This document shows positions 27,766 to 36,436 of a stretch of DNA of 64,000 nt, in pieces (the first letter of the stretch is position 1; the number at the start of each line of letters is the position of its first letter). The notes under the pieces are model-generated. The model did no database searches. It saw only the letters and a program-made list of their open reading frames with translations, and had not been told where the DNA came from. The stretch comes from Elusimicrobiota bacterium. Lineage in GTDB: Bacteria > Elusimicrobiota > Elusimicrobia > UBA1565 > JACRDR01. A program made the position numbers and the translations under genes. Where the stretch lies: positions 1-64,000 of the forward strand of contig JBGFSC010000045.1 in the NCBI GenBank assembly GCA_041694815.1. Direction: 5' to 3'.

Positions 27766-30135
27766 CTATTCCTCGACGTAGAGATCGCTCGGCTTGAGAT
27801 CGTAGTTCGCGACAAGCAACTCGTACTCCTTTCTCGCACCGCCAAGCTGATGGGAACCGGTGTGCAGGGTCTTGATCCGATAAGTCTTGAAGTCCTTGAA
27901 CAGCGCGGACTTCTCGAGCTCGTAGCTCAGCAGGAATCGGCCCCTGATGCTCTTGAGGACCGGCAGCATCTCCTCTTCCTTGAAAAACTTAGCGCCGAAT
28001 TTGCCGCCCTCCTTGGGCCAGTGCAGCGGGTAGGGCGGGTCAAGGTAGAAGAACGCGCCGGGCCCGTCGTACTCCTTGATCACGTCCTTCCAGTCCCAGG
28101 AGTGCAGCCGCACGCCCTTTAGACGTTCCTGGATCTCGGGCAGCCGCTCGGCCAGCCGGATGCGCGCGCCGAGGCCGGTCGAGCCATTGGGACGCATGCC
28201 CTCCCAGACGTCGGTACGGCCCCAGTAGCTCGCCTTGTTGAGGTAGGCGAAGCGGTAGAAGCGCTCGCGCGGCGACTTGGGCTCCAGCTCGAAGAGCCGC
28301 TTGGCGTGGGCGCGGCTGATGATCCATGTCTGCTTCTTGAGCCACTCCCAATCCTCGGGCGTCATCCCCTTGATGTAGCGGTAGGCCGCGATCAGGTCGG
28401 CGTTCACGTCGTTGATGGCCTCTAGCTCGGAGCGCTTCTTGTGGAAGAGCACCTGCGCGCCGCCGGCGAAGGCCTCGACGTAGGCCTTGTGCTCGGGCAG
28501 CAGCCGGATGATCTTCTTGTAGAGCCGATACTTGCCGCCCGGGCTCTTGAAGGCGGCGCGGACCTTCTCGAGCTCGGGTTCCGGCTCGATCTGCGGGAGC
28601 AGCTCCGGGGCCTCGGCCTCCATGCCTTCCGTTGCCGGGTCCAGTTCCTTTTCGATGTAGAGGTGCAGGGGCTTGAGCGGAAAGTTCGACACGAGCAGCT
28701 CCGTCACCCACTCCTGGTTGCCGCCGGGGCCTTTCATCTGGTTGCGGCGCTTGACGCGGTGGACGTTGAAGCCCTTGAAGACGTCGAGCCGCTTGGCCGT
28801 GTAGGAGCACATCCACTTCGCCTTGAGGCCGCGGAGGGCGCGGGCGAACTCCTCCTCCTTGAAGCCGAAGTCGAAGAGGTTGAACTCGCCGGGATAGGGC
28901 GGGTCGATGTAGAAGAACGTCTCCGGGCCGTCGTGCTCCTTGAGGACCTCCAAGTAGTCCTTGTTCGAGATCGCCACGTTCTTGAGACGCGCCTGCGCCC
29001 GCTCGATGTTGGCAGGAAAGTCGATGCGCACGCCGGCATTGGCCGGATTGAAAGAGCCGCCGCGCATCTTGCCGTAGGAGGAGCGGGTCAGGTAGAAGGC
29101 CTTGTAGAAGCGGTCGCGGTCGCTTTCGGGCTTCATGTCCTTGAGCCGCTCGTGGACGTCCTTGCGGATCGTCCACTCACGCTTGGCCAGCGTGGCCCGG
29201 TCCTCCGGGGAATGGTCCCGGATGAAGCGGTGCATGAAGGCGATCTCGGGGTCGCGGTCGTTCAAGACCTCCTGTGGCGAGGGGTCCTTGGCGTAGAGCA
29301 CGGCCGCGCCGCCGGCGAAAGGCTCCACGTAGGTCCGGTGGTGCGGGATGTAGGAGGCGATCTTGCGTGCCAGCGCGCGCTTGCCGCCGTAGGAGCCGAA
29401 TGCCTGCCGGACCCCCTTAAGCAGCTCCTCAGCCAAGTCCGAGACCTCAAGCTCGCGCAGGACGCCGGCGGCTCGAGCCGCCTTGGCGGCTTCGCCGATG
29501 GTCATAGGCCGCCCGCGGCCGGCGACCCCGCCCACGCGCAGGCCGGAGGCCAGCGCCGCGAGCATGCCGTCCGGCCGCCGCGCCAGGGCCAGGCCGTCGC
29601 ACTCGATCTCCACCACGTCGCCGACGTCGGGCCGCGCGGCGCTCGCGCAGACAGATCCCGCCTCCAGAAAGAGCTTCCCCTTCACGGAACGGACCAGGTC
29701 GGTGGCCGCCTTCATACTCTGGAAGTCGAGGCCGAAGAAGACGTCGGCCGAGTCGGGCAGGCGTCCCTCCTCCACTCGCGTGACTACTCCGCGCAAGATG
29801 AAGGCCGGCGGGCGGTCGAGCCAGGCCAAGGGGGCCTCGGGGCCGGCGTTGTCGAAGTGGAGCGATTTCTCACGCAGGAAGCCGATCACGGCTTGGACGC
29901 CCTCGGCCAGGCGGATGGTGCGAAACCGCTCGCCGCCGCCGAAGCCGTCAGGCTCGAAATCGTCGGGGTCGCGCTGGCGGAAGCGGAAGGAGCGCTCGGT
30001 CTCGTCCACCTTGTCGGCCCGGAAGCCGTGGTCCTTCACCCAGCGCTGCGCGGCGGCCTCGGTCGGGAAATTCTCCTTGTCCAGGATGAGCGTCTGGATG
30101 ATCGTGCCCGACTGCTTCTCTGTCGTGGTTTCCAT
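27766..30135 (-). CDS. Multidomain protein with two tandem Dam-like (D12 class) N6-adenine DNA methyltransferases
   Basis: Two sets of GGK / YVE[PA]FAGG / ND / FFY[IL]DPPY motifs, preceded by ~240 aa of non-MTase domains. Confidence 0.9.
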   Translation of the reverse strand: METTTEKQSGTIIQTLILDKENFPTEAAAQRWVKDHGFRADKVDETERSFRFRQRDPDDFEPDGFGGGERFRTIRLAEGVQAVIGFLREKSLHFDNAGPEAPLAWLDRPPAFILRGVVTRVEEGRLPDSADVFFGLDFQSMKAATDLVRSVKGKLFLEAGSVCASAARPDVGDVVEIECDGLALARRPDGMLAALASGLRVGGVAGRGRPMTIGEAAKAARAAGVLRELEVSDLAEELLKGVRQAFGSYGGKRALARKIASYIPHHRTYVEPFAGGAAVLYAKDPSPQEVLNDRDPEIAFMHRFIRDHSPEDRATLAKREWTIRKDVHERLKDMKPESDRDRFYKAFYLTRSSYGKMRGGSFNPANAGVRIDFPANIERAQARLKNVAISNKDYLEVLKEHDGPETFFYIDPPYPGEFNLFDFGFKEEEFARALRGLKAKWMCSYTAKRLDVFKGFNVHRVKRRNQMKGPGGNQEWVTELLVSNFPLKPLHLYIEKELDPATEGMEAEAPELLPQIEPEPELEKVRAAFKSPGGKYRLYKKIIRLLPEHKAYVEAFAGGAQVLFHKKRSELEAINDVNADLIAAYRYIKGMTPEDWEWLKKQTWIISRAHAKRLFELEPKSPRERFYRFAYLNKASYWGRTDVWEGMRPNGSTGLGARIRLAERLPEIQERLKGVRLHSWDWKDVIKEYDGPGAFFYLDPPYPLHWPKEGGKFGAKFFKEEEMLPVLKSIRGRFLLSYELEKSALFKDFKTYRIKTLHTGSHQLGGARKEYELLVANYDLKPSDLYVEE

Positions 30136-30137
30136 GC

Positions 30138-32231
30138 CTATCTCTCCTCGAGAACGCTCACCCAGGTGCAACGGCACTGGGGATGCGCGGGGATGACGCC
30201 CGACGCTTCCTCTACCGCCATGATCCGGCCCAGCTTTTCGCCCGGCGTGGTCTCGGCCAACTCAACGCAGATGGGGCAGGCGTCCGAGGCGAGCAGCCAC
30301 TGCGCCCGCTCGATGCCGGCCTGGGCCAGGGCGTCGAGGTTGCCCTCGTTATAGGCCCGGTTGGCCTCGGTCCGTGCGATGATCTCGGCCGCCGTGGCGC
30401 GGTCGAGCTGCCGGACGCTGCCTGCGCGGAGCACGTTGCCTTCGGCGTCCACTACGGGCCTCACCTGGACCCTGGCGACCGAGTCGAGCTGCGCCTCGAT
30501 GCGCTGCATGAGCTGGGGGACCGTCTCGTCCGCGGCGATCCCCTGGATGAGCGCCTCTCGGAGAGACGCCTTGATCGTCTCGGAGACGTGGCCCGCCAAG
30601 GACAGCGCGTTGTTGCGGATCTTCTCCTGGAGGGCTAGGCTCGGCTCGTCCACGTCCTCGAGGGCGTTGCGGCTGGCGGCGAGCGAGAGGCCCTTCCTCG
30701 CGGCCTCCAGGGTGAAGCGTTCCAGGACGCGAGCGATCTTGTCCTTGTCCACGAACTCAAGCAGGACCTCCAAGTCGTCGAGTTGCTTGGCCGCCTCGGG
30801 AAAGGCAACGCGTCGGAGGGCGAGGTCGCCGCGCCCCTCGAATGAGACCTGGAAGTCGCGCGGTAGCGCCTTTACTTGCGGCGCTAAGGTTCCGCGTTGG
30901 AGGGCGGGCAGCTTGGCAGCCACGGTAGCCTTGATATCTCGGAAGACCCGAGCCATAGCGCTCACGAAACGGTTCTCGATGGCGACCGCCTCGCGGCTGG
31001 CGTCGACGATGGTCTGGGACGGGGATAGAGACTTCTGAATCTCAGGCATGCGCGGGGCGACCATTCGGCGCACCTCCTCCGGGGTGAACACCCCATTCTG
31101 GAGGTAGATATTGAAGATCTCGGCCTGCTCCTTTTCATCGATGGCCCGCTTGTTGAACTGAAAGAGCCAGTCCGTGATGCCGAAGCCGTCGCGGATGACG
31201 TGCTTGTTGATCTTCTCGGCGACCCGCATCTGGAAGGGCAAGATCGTCTCCTCGTAGAGGGTCTGGGTCTGGTGCTCGCCCGAGCCCGCGCCGATGTTGC
31301 CGGTCTCGATGATAGCGACCTTGCCGGGCGGGACGCCGTAGACCGCGAGGATCTCGTTGCGCGTGAACTCGCGCAGCTCGAGGAACTCCATATCCTTCTG
31401 CGCGACCGAGATCTGCTTGAACTCGATGTCGCCCTCGAGCACGAGGTCTGAGTGGGCCATGTCGGGATTCTTGGCCCGCTCTTTCATGTACTCGCGGTTG
31501 CGCTCCACCTGCTCGGGCGAGGCGTTCTTCATGATGAACGCGCCACGGATCTTGGCGCCGTTGATGAAGAAGGCGCGGTTGTAGACCTGGGCGTACTTGT
31601 CCACGGTGACCGGCAAAATCAGCGAAGCCAGAGGGGAAAGGCCGTAGAGGGTAGCCCCCTTGGTTCCCAGCTTGAAGTGGATCACTTCCCTGGGGTCGAA
31701 CTCGACCTTTCCCGTCTGGCTCCGTGTCGTGGCGAAGCGGGGAATCTGGATGTAGCCCTGGACGCCGCCGTGTTCGTCGGCTTGCACGCGCATCGTCGTC
31801 GCGTCGAGGTTCCACAGCTCGCGTGGCTTGCCGTCGGGGCCGAGCACCACCTCGAGGAAGGCGCTGCCGAAGACGTAGACGTCGCGGGTGACATCATCGA
31901 GTATCTCGAGCAGGGTGTCGTTGGGATTGCAGTTGGCGAAAAATTCGTGGAGGATCTCCGCGTTCTTGGGGTCCGCGCCGGGCTTGGCGGGGACGAGGCC
32001 ATAGCCCCTGGCCGTGACCGCCTTGCAGATGACGCCGACCACCGCCCGGACCCAGGAGGTCTGCTCGTACATCTGGTTGAAGACCTCGAAATCGATCTCG
32101 GGCAGCACGCCCTCAGTCAGCGACAGTCCAGGCACATGCGAGACGACCTGCTTGGAGGACTTCTCGACCTCCTCGCGGATCACTCCGCCGAAGAGCGCCT
32201 TGACGATCCTCTCTCTTAGCCCCATGGCCAT
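30138..32231 (-). CDS. Portal protein fused to MuF (head morphogenesis) domain
   Basis: Portal: EVIHFK...YGLSPL...FFING...DMEFLE...AVYGVPP. MuF: IARTEANRAYNEG...ACPIC...PAHPQCRCTW. Confidence 0.92.
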   Translation of the reverse strand: MAMGLRERIVKALFGGVIREEVEKSSKQVVSHVPGLSLTEGVLPEIDFEVFNQMYEQTSWVRAVVGVICKAVTARGYGLVPAKPGADPKNAEILHEFFANCNPNDTLLEILDDVTRDVYVFGSAFLEVVLGPDGKPRELWNLDATTMRVQADEHGGVQGYIQIPRFATTRSQTGKVEFDPREVIHFKLGTKGATLYGLSPLASLILPVTVDKYAQVYNRAFFINGAKIRGAFIMKNASPEQVERNREYMKERAKNPDMAHSDLVLEGDIEFKQISVAQKDMEFLELREFTRNEILAVYGVPPGKVAIIETGNIGAGSGEHQTQTLYEETILPFQMRVAEKINKHVIRDGFGITDWLFQFNKRAIDEKEQAEIFNIYLQNGVFTPEEVRRMVAPRMPEIQKSLSPSQTIVDASREAVAIENRFVSAMARVFRDIKATVAAKLPALQRGTLAPQVKALPRDFQVSFEGRGDLALRRVAFPEAAKQLDDLEVLLEFVDKDKIARVLERFTLEAARKGLSLAASRNALEDVDEPSLALQEKIRNNALSLAGHVSETIKASLREALIQGIAADETVPQLMQRIEAQLDSVARVQVRPVVDAEGNVLRAGSVRQLDRATAAEIIARTEANRAYNEGNLDALAQAGIERAQWLLASDACPICVELAETTPGEKLGRIMAVEEASGVIPAHPQCRCTWVSVLEER

Positions 32232-32362
32232 CAGCCCTCGCACCTCAGACAGTAGCCGCAGCGCTCGCACCTGACCGCCTTCTCAGGGTTAAGCAGATGG
32301 CAGGCCGGGCAGAGGATCTGCGTCTTGCCGTCACCGGACCTGACGATAGGTGCATCGCTCAT
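32231..32362 (-). CDS. 43-aa zinc-ribbon protein (not in ORF track)
   Basis: MSDAPIVRSGDGKTQILCPACHLLNPEKAVRCERCGYCLRCEG; overlaps the terL stop (ATGA) and the portal start (TGATG). Confidence 0.7.
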   Translation of the reverse strand: MSDAPIVRSGDGKTQILCPACHLLNPEKAVRCERCGYCLRCEG

Positions 32363-33723
32363 TCGAGGTCCTCCGCATAGACGATTCGCGGTTCGACTCG
32401 CTGCATCTGCACGCCCTGGAGCGCGAGCCAGAGGGCGTCGAGAAAATCATCGGTCCCGTGGGGGAAGTGGAGCAACTCCTCCTCGAGTCCGGTGACCCAT
32501 GATCCCGCCTCCGGGCGCGGCAGCCGGATCGCCCCGCTTTCGAACAAGGGCGCCAGGCCCCGCAGCCTCGCCTGCTTGTCGCCCTGGGTCGTCACTCCCC
32601 GCAACGGCAGAAGCCGCGTCTCGGGGTCGGTGCGCAGCGACTCGAGGAACGCGGCTTGAAAGCCGTTCGTTTCCACCGTGATGAGACGCGGCTGGTGAAA
32701 GCGATGGAAGCGCTTGACTGTCTTTAGCTGCTCGTCAAATGGGATGCGGCTGCGAAAGCCGTCCAAGACATGGGCGGTGCCGGCCTTGTCCACCCCGATC
32801 ACGCAGTAGGCGAAGCGTGAGTTGGCCTCGCGCCGGCCGATCGCCAGATCGATGCCGGCGAAAATCGTGAGGTCGTCGGGCCGGCGGTCATAGCGGCCCG
32901 ACTCGATCCAAGCGAGCTTGAAGTCAGCTCCCTCCTGGCCCGAGGGGTCGTTGAGGTAGAGGCAGTTGTAGGCCGAGGCCCCGAGCTGGGCCCGGACCCT
33001 GGCCAGCTTCGCCGCGTTGAACTTCTCCGGGAAGAGGATGTGGTGATTCCCGGCCTCGTCCGTCCACTCGGCCGCCATGTCGATGACCTTCCAGTGGGCG
33101 AAGCCGGGGTCCGACTTGATGAACCCGGCGATATCCTCGGTATGCCAGCGGGTCATGACCACCACGATCTGTCCGCCGTCGTCTAACCGGGGAAGGAGGT
33201 CCTTCTGGAACCAGGTGATTACCTTCTGGCGTTGGTGAGGCGTCTGCGTGTTGCGGTTGGAGCAGGGATCGTCCACCACGATCAGGTTGGGATGCTGGCT
33301 CACCACCGTGCCCAGCACCGAGGCGACCGCGACCGAGGGCTCCTTGCGTATCTCTGTGCGCGGGATCTGGATGCGCTCCTCGGTCCAGGCGTCGGCCGAG
33401 AGGTCCCAGTGGCCGTAGCGCTCCCGAAACTTCTCGTTTTGGGTTAGGTGCCCCTTGATCTCGCGCAGGAATCCCTTGGCGTTGTCCAGGATTTCGTTGA
33501 CCTGGAGTATGCGCATGTTGTGGTCCTCGGTCAGCCGGAACAGGGGGTAGGCAATGGTGCAGGCCGTGGTCTTGAGATGCCCGACTGGAGCGAGCAGCAA
33601 GACGAACTGTTCCCGGAGGAGAATATCGAACCAGGACAGGTGCAGCTCGGAGAGCTGGTCGTAGCCCAGCACATCCTTGGCGAAGAAATAGAGGTCCTCC
33701 AGCCGCTCCTGATGGCTTTTCAT
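32359..33723 (-). CDS. terL: Terminase large subunit
   Basis: P-loop APVGHLKTT, Walker B IVVDDP, VMTRWH, nuclease GIDLA...DDFLDAL. Confidence 0.92.
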   Translation of the reverse strand: MKSHQERLEDLYFFAKDVLGYDQLSELHLSWFDILLREQFVLLLAPVGHLKTTACTIAYPLFRLTEDHNMRILQVNEILDNAKGFLREIKGHLTQNEKFRERYGHWDLSADAWTEERIQIPRTEIRKEPSVAVASVLGTVVSQHPNLIVVDDPCSNRNTQTPHQRQKVITWFQKDLLPRLDDGGQIVVVMTRWHTEDIAGFIKSDPGFAHWKVIDMAAEWTDEAGNHHILFPEKFNAAKLARVRAQLGASAYNCLYLNDPSGQEGADFKLAWIESGRYDRRPDDLTIFAGIDLAIGRREANSRFAYCVIGVDKAGTAHVLDGFRSRIPFDEQLKTVKRFHRFHQPRLITVETNGFQAAFLESLRTDPETRLLPLRGVTTQGDKQARLRGLAPLFESGAIRLPRPEAGSWVTGLEEELLHFPHGTDDFLDALWLALQGVQMQRVEPRIVYAEDLE

Positions 33724-33933
33724 GGGCCTCGGCGTTCCGTACGAAAAAAATAGGGGTTTGTACGAAGATTGGACGGACGATTTTCCCGACGAGCGTTTCG
33801 TACGCGCAAAAATGCGGGTGCGTTCCTTTTGGCGTTCGAAATAAAAGCGTGGGGGGAGCGTGCGGGGAGTGGGACCGGATTTTTACGCTTTTTTTCCGGC
33901 GACAGGACCGGAGCCGTTCTCCGTCGAGGAAAG

Positions 33934-33962
33934 ACTCGACATAATTGTGGATTATGTTGAGT
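33934..33962. other. dif-like (XerC/XerD-type) recombination site
   Basis: ACTCGACATAA-TTGTGGA-TTATGTTGAGT; the arms share the CATAA...TTATGTT core of E. coli dif (GGTGCGCATAA-TGTATA-TTATGTTAAAT). Confidence 0.6.
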
Positions 33963-33972
33963 GAAGGACGCC

Positions 33973-34518
33973 CTACGTTGCACCGGTTGCCTCCGGTTTC
34001 TCGGCTTCGACATCGATGACCGGACTCGCTGCCGTCGGCTGCTCCGTGCGTTCGGGGGCGGGCCCGCCCAGGCTACTTTTAGGCGCCTCCACAGATCGCT
34101 TCTGGAGAAACTTCTGCACCGTGATTCGGACCTCTTCTGATTTTTCCAGGACCTTCTCCGGGATCGCGCTCTTGCCCGAGAGAGCGCCGAATTGCGCCTG
34201 ACGGTCGAATAGCTCGCTGATCACCGCGACCAGATCGCGCACCGTAGCCTCGGCGAGCTTGCCGCGCAGGGTCTTGAGCGCGGCAAAGATGATGTCCCAG
34301 GTCTCGCGGGTCAGGCGATTGTGGATGCGGGTTGCGATCGGCGTCGCCTTGGAGTTTTCGGGCAAGTGTTTGTTGGCGTGATCCAACCAGTACTTGACCG
34401 TGTTCTTCGGGACATTGAGCTCCCTGGCGATGTCAGCTAGGCGCCCGCCGCTTTCAAGCCTCGCGACGGCGGCCTGGATCATCTCGGTTGGATATCTCTG
34501 CGGCCCCTTACGCTTCAT
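33973..34518 (-). CDS. Probable terminase small subunit (HTH)
   Basis: N-terminal HTH (LADIARELNVPKNTVKYWL) plus helical region, upstream of terL. Confidence 0.65.
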   Translation of the reverse strand: MKRKGPQRYPTEMIQAAVARLESGGRLADIARELNVPKNTVKYWLDHANKHLPENSKATPIATRIHNRLTRETWDIIFAALKTLRGKLAEATVRDLVAVISELFDRQAQFGALSGKSAIPEKVLEKSEEVRITVQKFLQKRSVEAPKSSLGGPAPERTEQPTAASPVIDVEAEKPEATGAT

Positions 34519-34729
34519 TGCCCGCTATCTCCTCCCAGCTCCGCTTAAGCTCCTGCCGCGCTCGTCTCTGGTAGTTCCGAAAGTACCGGCGCCGCCACTG
34601 CCGGAAGCATTTGCGGTGCATGCGTTGGTTGCAGTACCAGCGCCAGAATCGCTTCTTGCACCAGCGGCAGACGCGCAGGTGCCGCACCGCTTCGCTGGCC
34701 CTGCTCAAAGTTTTAGTCCTTGCCGCCAT
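34508..34729 (-). CDS. Small basic Cys/His protein
   Basis: CRWC...WYC...HRKC, Arg-rich; first gene after late motif copy 2. Confidence 0.55.
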   Translation of the reverse strand: MAARTKTLSRASEAVRHLRVCRWCKKRFWRWYCNQRMHRKCFRQWRRRYFRNYQRRARQELKRSWEEIAGNEA

Positions 34730-34732
34730 GGA

Positions 34733-34758
34733 AGTCCATTAACAGTCAAACTGTTGAC
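34733..34758 (-). promoter_or_regulatory. Candidate late promoter / activator site, copy 2
   Basis: GTCAACAGTTTGACTGTTAATGGACT upstream of the terS operon. Confidence 0.65.
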
Positions 34759-35416
34759 GCGGTGTCAGCCTCCGGTCTTCGCCGTCGATTTTCACCACCC
34801 GGCAGAGGCCCGCGAGCCGAGATGACAGCCGATCGTCTTTGAGGCGTTCTGCGAGGTCTTGGAGGCTGAGGTTGGAGGTGACGATGAGCCCGTTGCGCAG
34901 ACTCATCTCCCTGAGATCCACGATCTCGTAGAGAATCTGCAGGGCGAACTCGGTGGCCCTCCCGATTCCCAAGTCGTCAAGCACGAACACTGGAAGTCGC
35001 GCGATATGCCGGAGCTCTGCCTCTTCTTGTGGGGCGTCCAAGCTGCGGATCAAGCGCATCAGCTGGGGTGGTTTAAGAACCTGCGCCGAACCCTTATCGT
35101 CGGCGAAGGCTCTGGCCGCGGCCGTGGCTAAATGCGTCTTGCCGGCGCCGCAAGGCCCCCACAGGTAGAGGTTCTCCGACTTGGGGTTGAAGGCCTTGGC
35201 GCGCTCAAGGGCTTCTCGGTTTCCCGGGGTTTCTTGGAACTTCTCAAAGGTGAAGTCCCGATAGGCTTTGGGACCGCCGAGGGCGCTGATCAGGCGTTGG
35301 AGCCGCCGCTCTTTTTCGGCTTTTTCGCGCTCGGCCTCGCCGCGGCACCAGGAACACAGGCCTCCGGGCTCGACGATCTCGGCTTTGCAGCGCGAGCACT
35401 CAGCCGAGATGCTCAT
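34739..35416 (-). CDS. DnaC/IstB-like helicase loader ATPase
   Basis: GPCGAGKTHLA, VLDDLG, IVTSNL, RLSSRL; follows the replication initiator. Confidence 0.88.
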   Translation of the reverse strand: MSISAECSRCKAEIVEPGGLCSWCRGEAEREKAEKERRLQRLISALGGPKAYRDFTFEKFQETPGNREALERAKAFNPKSENLYLWGPCGAGKTHLATAAARAFADDKGSAQVLKPPQLMRLIRSLDAPQEEAELRHIARLPVFVLDDLGIGRATEFALQILYEIVDLREMSLRNGLIVTSNLSLQDLAERLKDDRLSSRLAGLCRVVKIDGEDRRLTPRQQFDC

Positions 35417-36158
35417 ACTTTCCCGGGATGGGCTTTGCGGCCCCTGCAGGGTGGCGTTCTTCACGGATTTCGTCCTCCCATCGTTTTTGGTTGAGCCAGG
35501 TGGCGGGATGCGGGATGAAGCGGCCACTTTCTCTCTGCCACTGCTCGCTCTTTGAGTGAGCGGCGACAGCCTCGAGAATGCGTTGGGCGAGTTCAGATGA
35601 AGGTCTCAACCCCAGCCATGAGCGCCAAGCCGCTCCCTTGCCGGCCTTGCGCGGATAGGCGGCCCAGAAAGCCAGGAAATCCTGCGAGTAAGAGCTCCCG
35701 GCTTGTTTCCCGTTTGTGCCACCCTCGCCCGTAGGGCAAGGCTGTTGTTGGTTAGGTTGGGTATGGTTGGTTTGGTTTGGTTGGGTATGCTGAGAATTTC
35801 CGAGAATTTTCGGAAAATCTCCGAAACGTTCCCTTTTCCGGGTCAGGTACTCGATTTTCTTTTTCACCAAATCTCCGCAAAAGTCCATCCAGTCATGGAT
35901 TTTCAGCCCGTCCAACCAACCCGAGGCCTGCAAAGCCTCGATGAACTTGTGGGCGTCCCCGTCCCAGTGCGCGCCGCGGGCGACGGCGACCCGGCTGAAT
36001 CGCTCGAGGCTTCCATCCTGCCAGGCGAACTTGAGCGTGAAATGCCACAGAAGATGCAGGTGGCCCACGGCCTGGGCGACACCGATCCCTAATCGCTCGG
36101 CCAGTTCGAAGGTCTTGGGGTGGTCGCCTATATCGACATGGCTCTCGATCCAGGCCAT
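35400..36158 (-). CDS. Phage replication initiator
   Basis: MAWI...HPKT..LA, IHDW; C-term FLAFWAAYPRKAGKGAA...FIPHPATWLNQKRWEDE. Confidence 0.85.
   Translation of the reverse strand: MAWIESHVDIGDHPKTFELAERLGIGVAQAVGHLHLLWHFTLKFAWQDGSLERFSRVAVARGAHWDGDAHKFIEALQASGWLDGLKIHDWMDFCGDLVKKKIEYLTRKRERFGDFPKILGNSQHTQPNQTNHTQPNQQQPCPTGEGGTNGKQAGSSYSQDFLAFWAAYPRKAGKGAAWRSWLGLRPSSELAQRILEAVAAHSKSEQWQRESGRFIPHPATWLNQKRWEDEIREERHPAGAAKPIPGKYEHLG
35791..35830. repeat. Candidate origin iterons inside the initiator gene
   Basis: 10-bp phased TGAGAATTTC/CGAGAATTTT/CGGAAAATCT/CCGAAACGTT next to GGTT(T/G) repeats at 35745-35789. Confidence 0.5.
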
Positions 36159-36436
36159 CAATTGCCTCCCGGCTTGTGTTTGGCCGGCTGCGCGACGGCC
36201 GATCGGTAGGAGTTCCTGAGGTCCCCGATCTTACATTCCACCTCGTGGACATCCCGTATCAGGCGCACGCATAGGGCCAGGGCACAGTGGTGATGCAGGA
36301 CGATATCCGTGCTGCGTCCCATCCAGCCGATGATGGGATAGGCGAGCCTATGACCGCAGTAAAAGCAGGGCTCCGCAGCCTCCACTTGGAAGGCCCAAGG
36401 ATAGCCGTCTTCGCCGTCTCGAAACGTGATACCCAT
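36158..36436 (-). CDS. Hypothetical protein (CxxC...HxxC)
   Basis: Coupled ORF; CFYCG, LHHHC. Confidence 0.6.
   Translation of the reverse strand: MGITFRDGEDGYPWAFQVEAAEPCFYCGHRLAYPIIGWMGRSTDIVLHHHCALALCVRLIRDVHEVECKIGDLRNSYRSAVAQPAKHKPGGN

Noticed and set aside
33973..35416. Possible IS element (IS3-like HTH plus IstB-like ATPase)
   Set aside because: No DDE transposase, terminal inverted repeats or target duplication; context fits terS and a DnaC-like loader.
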